Shown here: in pieces, positions 61,694 to 64,000 of the stretch
Position numbering within the stretch: the stretch's first letter is position 1
How the letters are laid out: each line of letters opens with the position of its first letter
Source of the DNA: Mytilus edulis
Lineage: Eukaryota
Direction of reading: 5' to 3'
Length of the DNA: 64,000 bases
Assembly (NCBI RefSeq): GCF_963676685.1
Contig: NC_092353.1
Location: 36,518,001-36,582,000 of the forward strand
Program-made: the position numbers and the translations under genes
The notes under the pieces: model-generated
The model's input: only the letters and a program-made list of their open reading frames with translations
Databases searched by the model: none
What the model was told of the DNA's origin: nothing

Positions 61694-62854
61694 ATGGCTG
61701 AGCGTTCGAGATCTAAGCATAAGGTGAGGTCACCTAGAATGAAAGCTTCACATGTTCAATATGCTCCCGAGGGCAGACGAGGCAATGTTTATATCGACGA
61801 AGAAGGTAGGCGGATTTATAGAACATCTGGGAAAAGTGGAAATTCAAAGCGATACGTTGTTATGGATGATGGGGAATTAAAACGCGGTGAACGACCGGAA
61901 AAAATTGTATACCAACAGGAGGAAACAGAATATGAAACAATGAGTGAAGCTGATTCAGAATATATGGTCCCGGTACGTCCTAAAGGACCAAATACTTCAA
62001 CTAGAAGAGTAGTCGAAGAACGACCACGTGTTCTAACAAGAAGAGCTATTGCAGAAGAGGAACGACCCGTACTCAGGACCAGGGAAGGAGATACGATTAG
62101 AAGTACTCGCATTTCACGTTCAAGACCCGCGAGTGATTATGTCGTACGGCGCAACAATACTTTGGATAATCGCGAGGAATTGTTTGTACGGTCAGGACGA
62201 CCAGCTAGTGAAGTTCTTGTTCGGCCTTCACGTGAGCGTGTGGTAACAAGAAGAGTTGTAGATGATTCAAATTTACGTGAACGTTATGTTGTAAGGAGTC
62301 GACCTTCTAGTGAAAAACGAATCATTGATAACAGAGAGGTAGAGATTGTCAGAAGACCGAGATCCGAAGAACGTGTAACATATGTTAAAAGGCCAGTATC
62401 TGAAGAAACAAATGTAAAATACGTTACTAGGAATAGCTATCGAGACCGACAACCTGTTGGCTATGTTACGAAAGAACAATCAGCTAACGAAAGGGCTTTG
62501 CAAAGACAAGAATATATAGAGTACCCACAGGAATACATAGTTCAACGTCCGCCAACACGCGACGTCGGTTGTCAGATGACCACAAATTACGTCATACAAC
62601 CACAGCCAAAACAGAAAAAACTGTTACGTAATGTTCAAACGCAGACTTTTAAGAAGCCAAAGCAACGAAAAATCAAAACTGCAACACATTATTATCAAAG
62701 GGAAACAGTGGAAGTCGTACAGGAACCGGATCCACCAACACCAAGGGAGCCTACTCCTAGAACACCGTCTCCACCACCACCGCCACCACCTCGAATGCTA
62801 ACGCCTGAACCACCAAGACAACCGAAACCACCTAAAAAGAAGAAACAAAAGAAG
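61694..62854 (+). CDS. Gene D, first coding exon: Arg/Glu/Val-rich disordered protein with Pro-rich and Lys-rich end; continues downstream
   Basis: Good start context aaaATGG after acceptor catag| (61680), higher GC than the flanks, repeated R(S/P)RP.SE motifs and polyproline. Phase-0 donor aag|gtaatt after KKKKQKK. Confidence 0.82.
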
Positions 62855-64000
62855 GTAATTTTCATTTTTTATGTGGCTAAATATTAACGAACAATTTTGT
62901 ATGAAGAGTATTATATTTTGTACAAAGTGCACATAGCACACTAATGCTGCTGTAAATATACCAAGTTTCTTTTTCTAACCTAATCCAATAGCATATCACT
63001 TCACATTGCATTTTGTACATGTATCTAAGCAATTTTTGTACTAGCCGAAATTTTACTTTTGAAACACCTTAATAAAAGGATATTAAACATTACATTATTG
63101 CAAAAAGTAAAATTATGACAAGTTAAAATATAAACATTACAGATACATACAAAACAAACAAGAACTTGTATATAAAAAAAGGCAAACTGAATACGTAATT
63201 CGTCTCGATAAGTCAAATGTTGTAGGACCATGTATATTCTATTGATTCTACAATTTTTAAAACTGATTTCAAACTGACGAGTCAATGAAAAATTAAGATT
63301 TTTGTATACCTCAGGGTGTACAGAAAGTGTTATAAAAGTTATATATAGATGAGGAAATTACACTAGTCTTGTCAGTAGCTGTTCTTTCTTTATTTTCTGA
63401 TCTATTAATATAGGAACTAAGATATCAAACTGTAGAAACAAATAGTTTTAGTATTCTTCTTGTATATTATCCTATAATATTTCAGCTACAATGGATGATG
63501 TATTTAACCAGAATGATTAATTTTCATGTGGTTTACATTTCGTAGTTCTGATGATATTTAAATTAATTGCTTTTTTATGCTGGAATTGTGGTACTATCAG
63601 GTTCACGTTTCAACGAAAAGTGTACAACTTTTTTCCCTTTATTCTAGAAAATAAATCGCAACCAATTCATGTGTGTATATGTGGAGACGAAAATATTGTT
63701 ACGGTTTTGTAAATTTAAAGCACATTGAATAATGTATCCATACATGTATTGTAAAACAATGTTTAAGTCTCTGTATTGTGGGACACAGTCCCTAACAGCT
63801 TTCAGCGGACGAGTTTATTGGTTCTTTGCAAAGGATGCATTACAGAAATTCATAGTCTGAGTGTGTTGAGACTGTTGGACAACTTTGAATGCTTCTAGAG
63901 AAGGAGACCATTTTATCTATGATAGGAACCGGTATCCAACAGTGCCAAAGTTACAGGTACAGTTACTGGTACCGACAGTGCCATACCAACGCTTTGTCGC

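Noticed and set aside
63486-63545. Candidate exon 2 of gene D after tttcag
   Set aside because: The short frame LQWMMYLTR… has no homology or compositional support.

Overview
AT-rich eukaryotic genomic DNA, most likely from a bivalve. Mytilus is my inference from a ~355-bp hammerhead-ribozyme repeat, a KRLLLNDPD/short-chain-collagen-C4-like gene and the style of the interspersed repeats. The window holds a tandem, all plus-strand cluster of genes related to the GAS2/GAR microtubule-binding domain. (i) A stand-alone ~117-aa GAR-only gene has two coding exons (23580-23708 and 32683-32907) separated by a 9-kb intron containing a full-length L1/Tx1 retrotransposon. (ii) Two genes have a very large disordered, charged exon spliced in phase 0 onto only the C-terminal half-GAR exon (36638-40407 and 46278-49471). 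(iii) There are truncated or decayed paralogues of these (633, 12300, 13971, 42257). (iv) Two more large disordered exons end at the same kind of Lys-rich phase-0 donor (52992, 61694). Also present: a frameshifted three-exon secreted short-chain collagen C4-like gene, a tandem retrozyme-type array with four type I hammerhead motifs, and an RTE-X-like LINE with an SGNH-esterase ORF1 and intact ORF2. There are also Penelope remnants, MITEs and SINE-like repeats. The Tx1 element has an unexpected third, hydrophobic ORF between ORF1 and ORF2. All gene models and family calls were made by eye, without alignment tools or transcript data.
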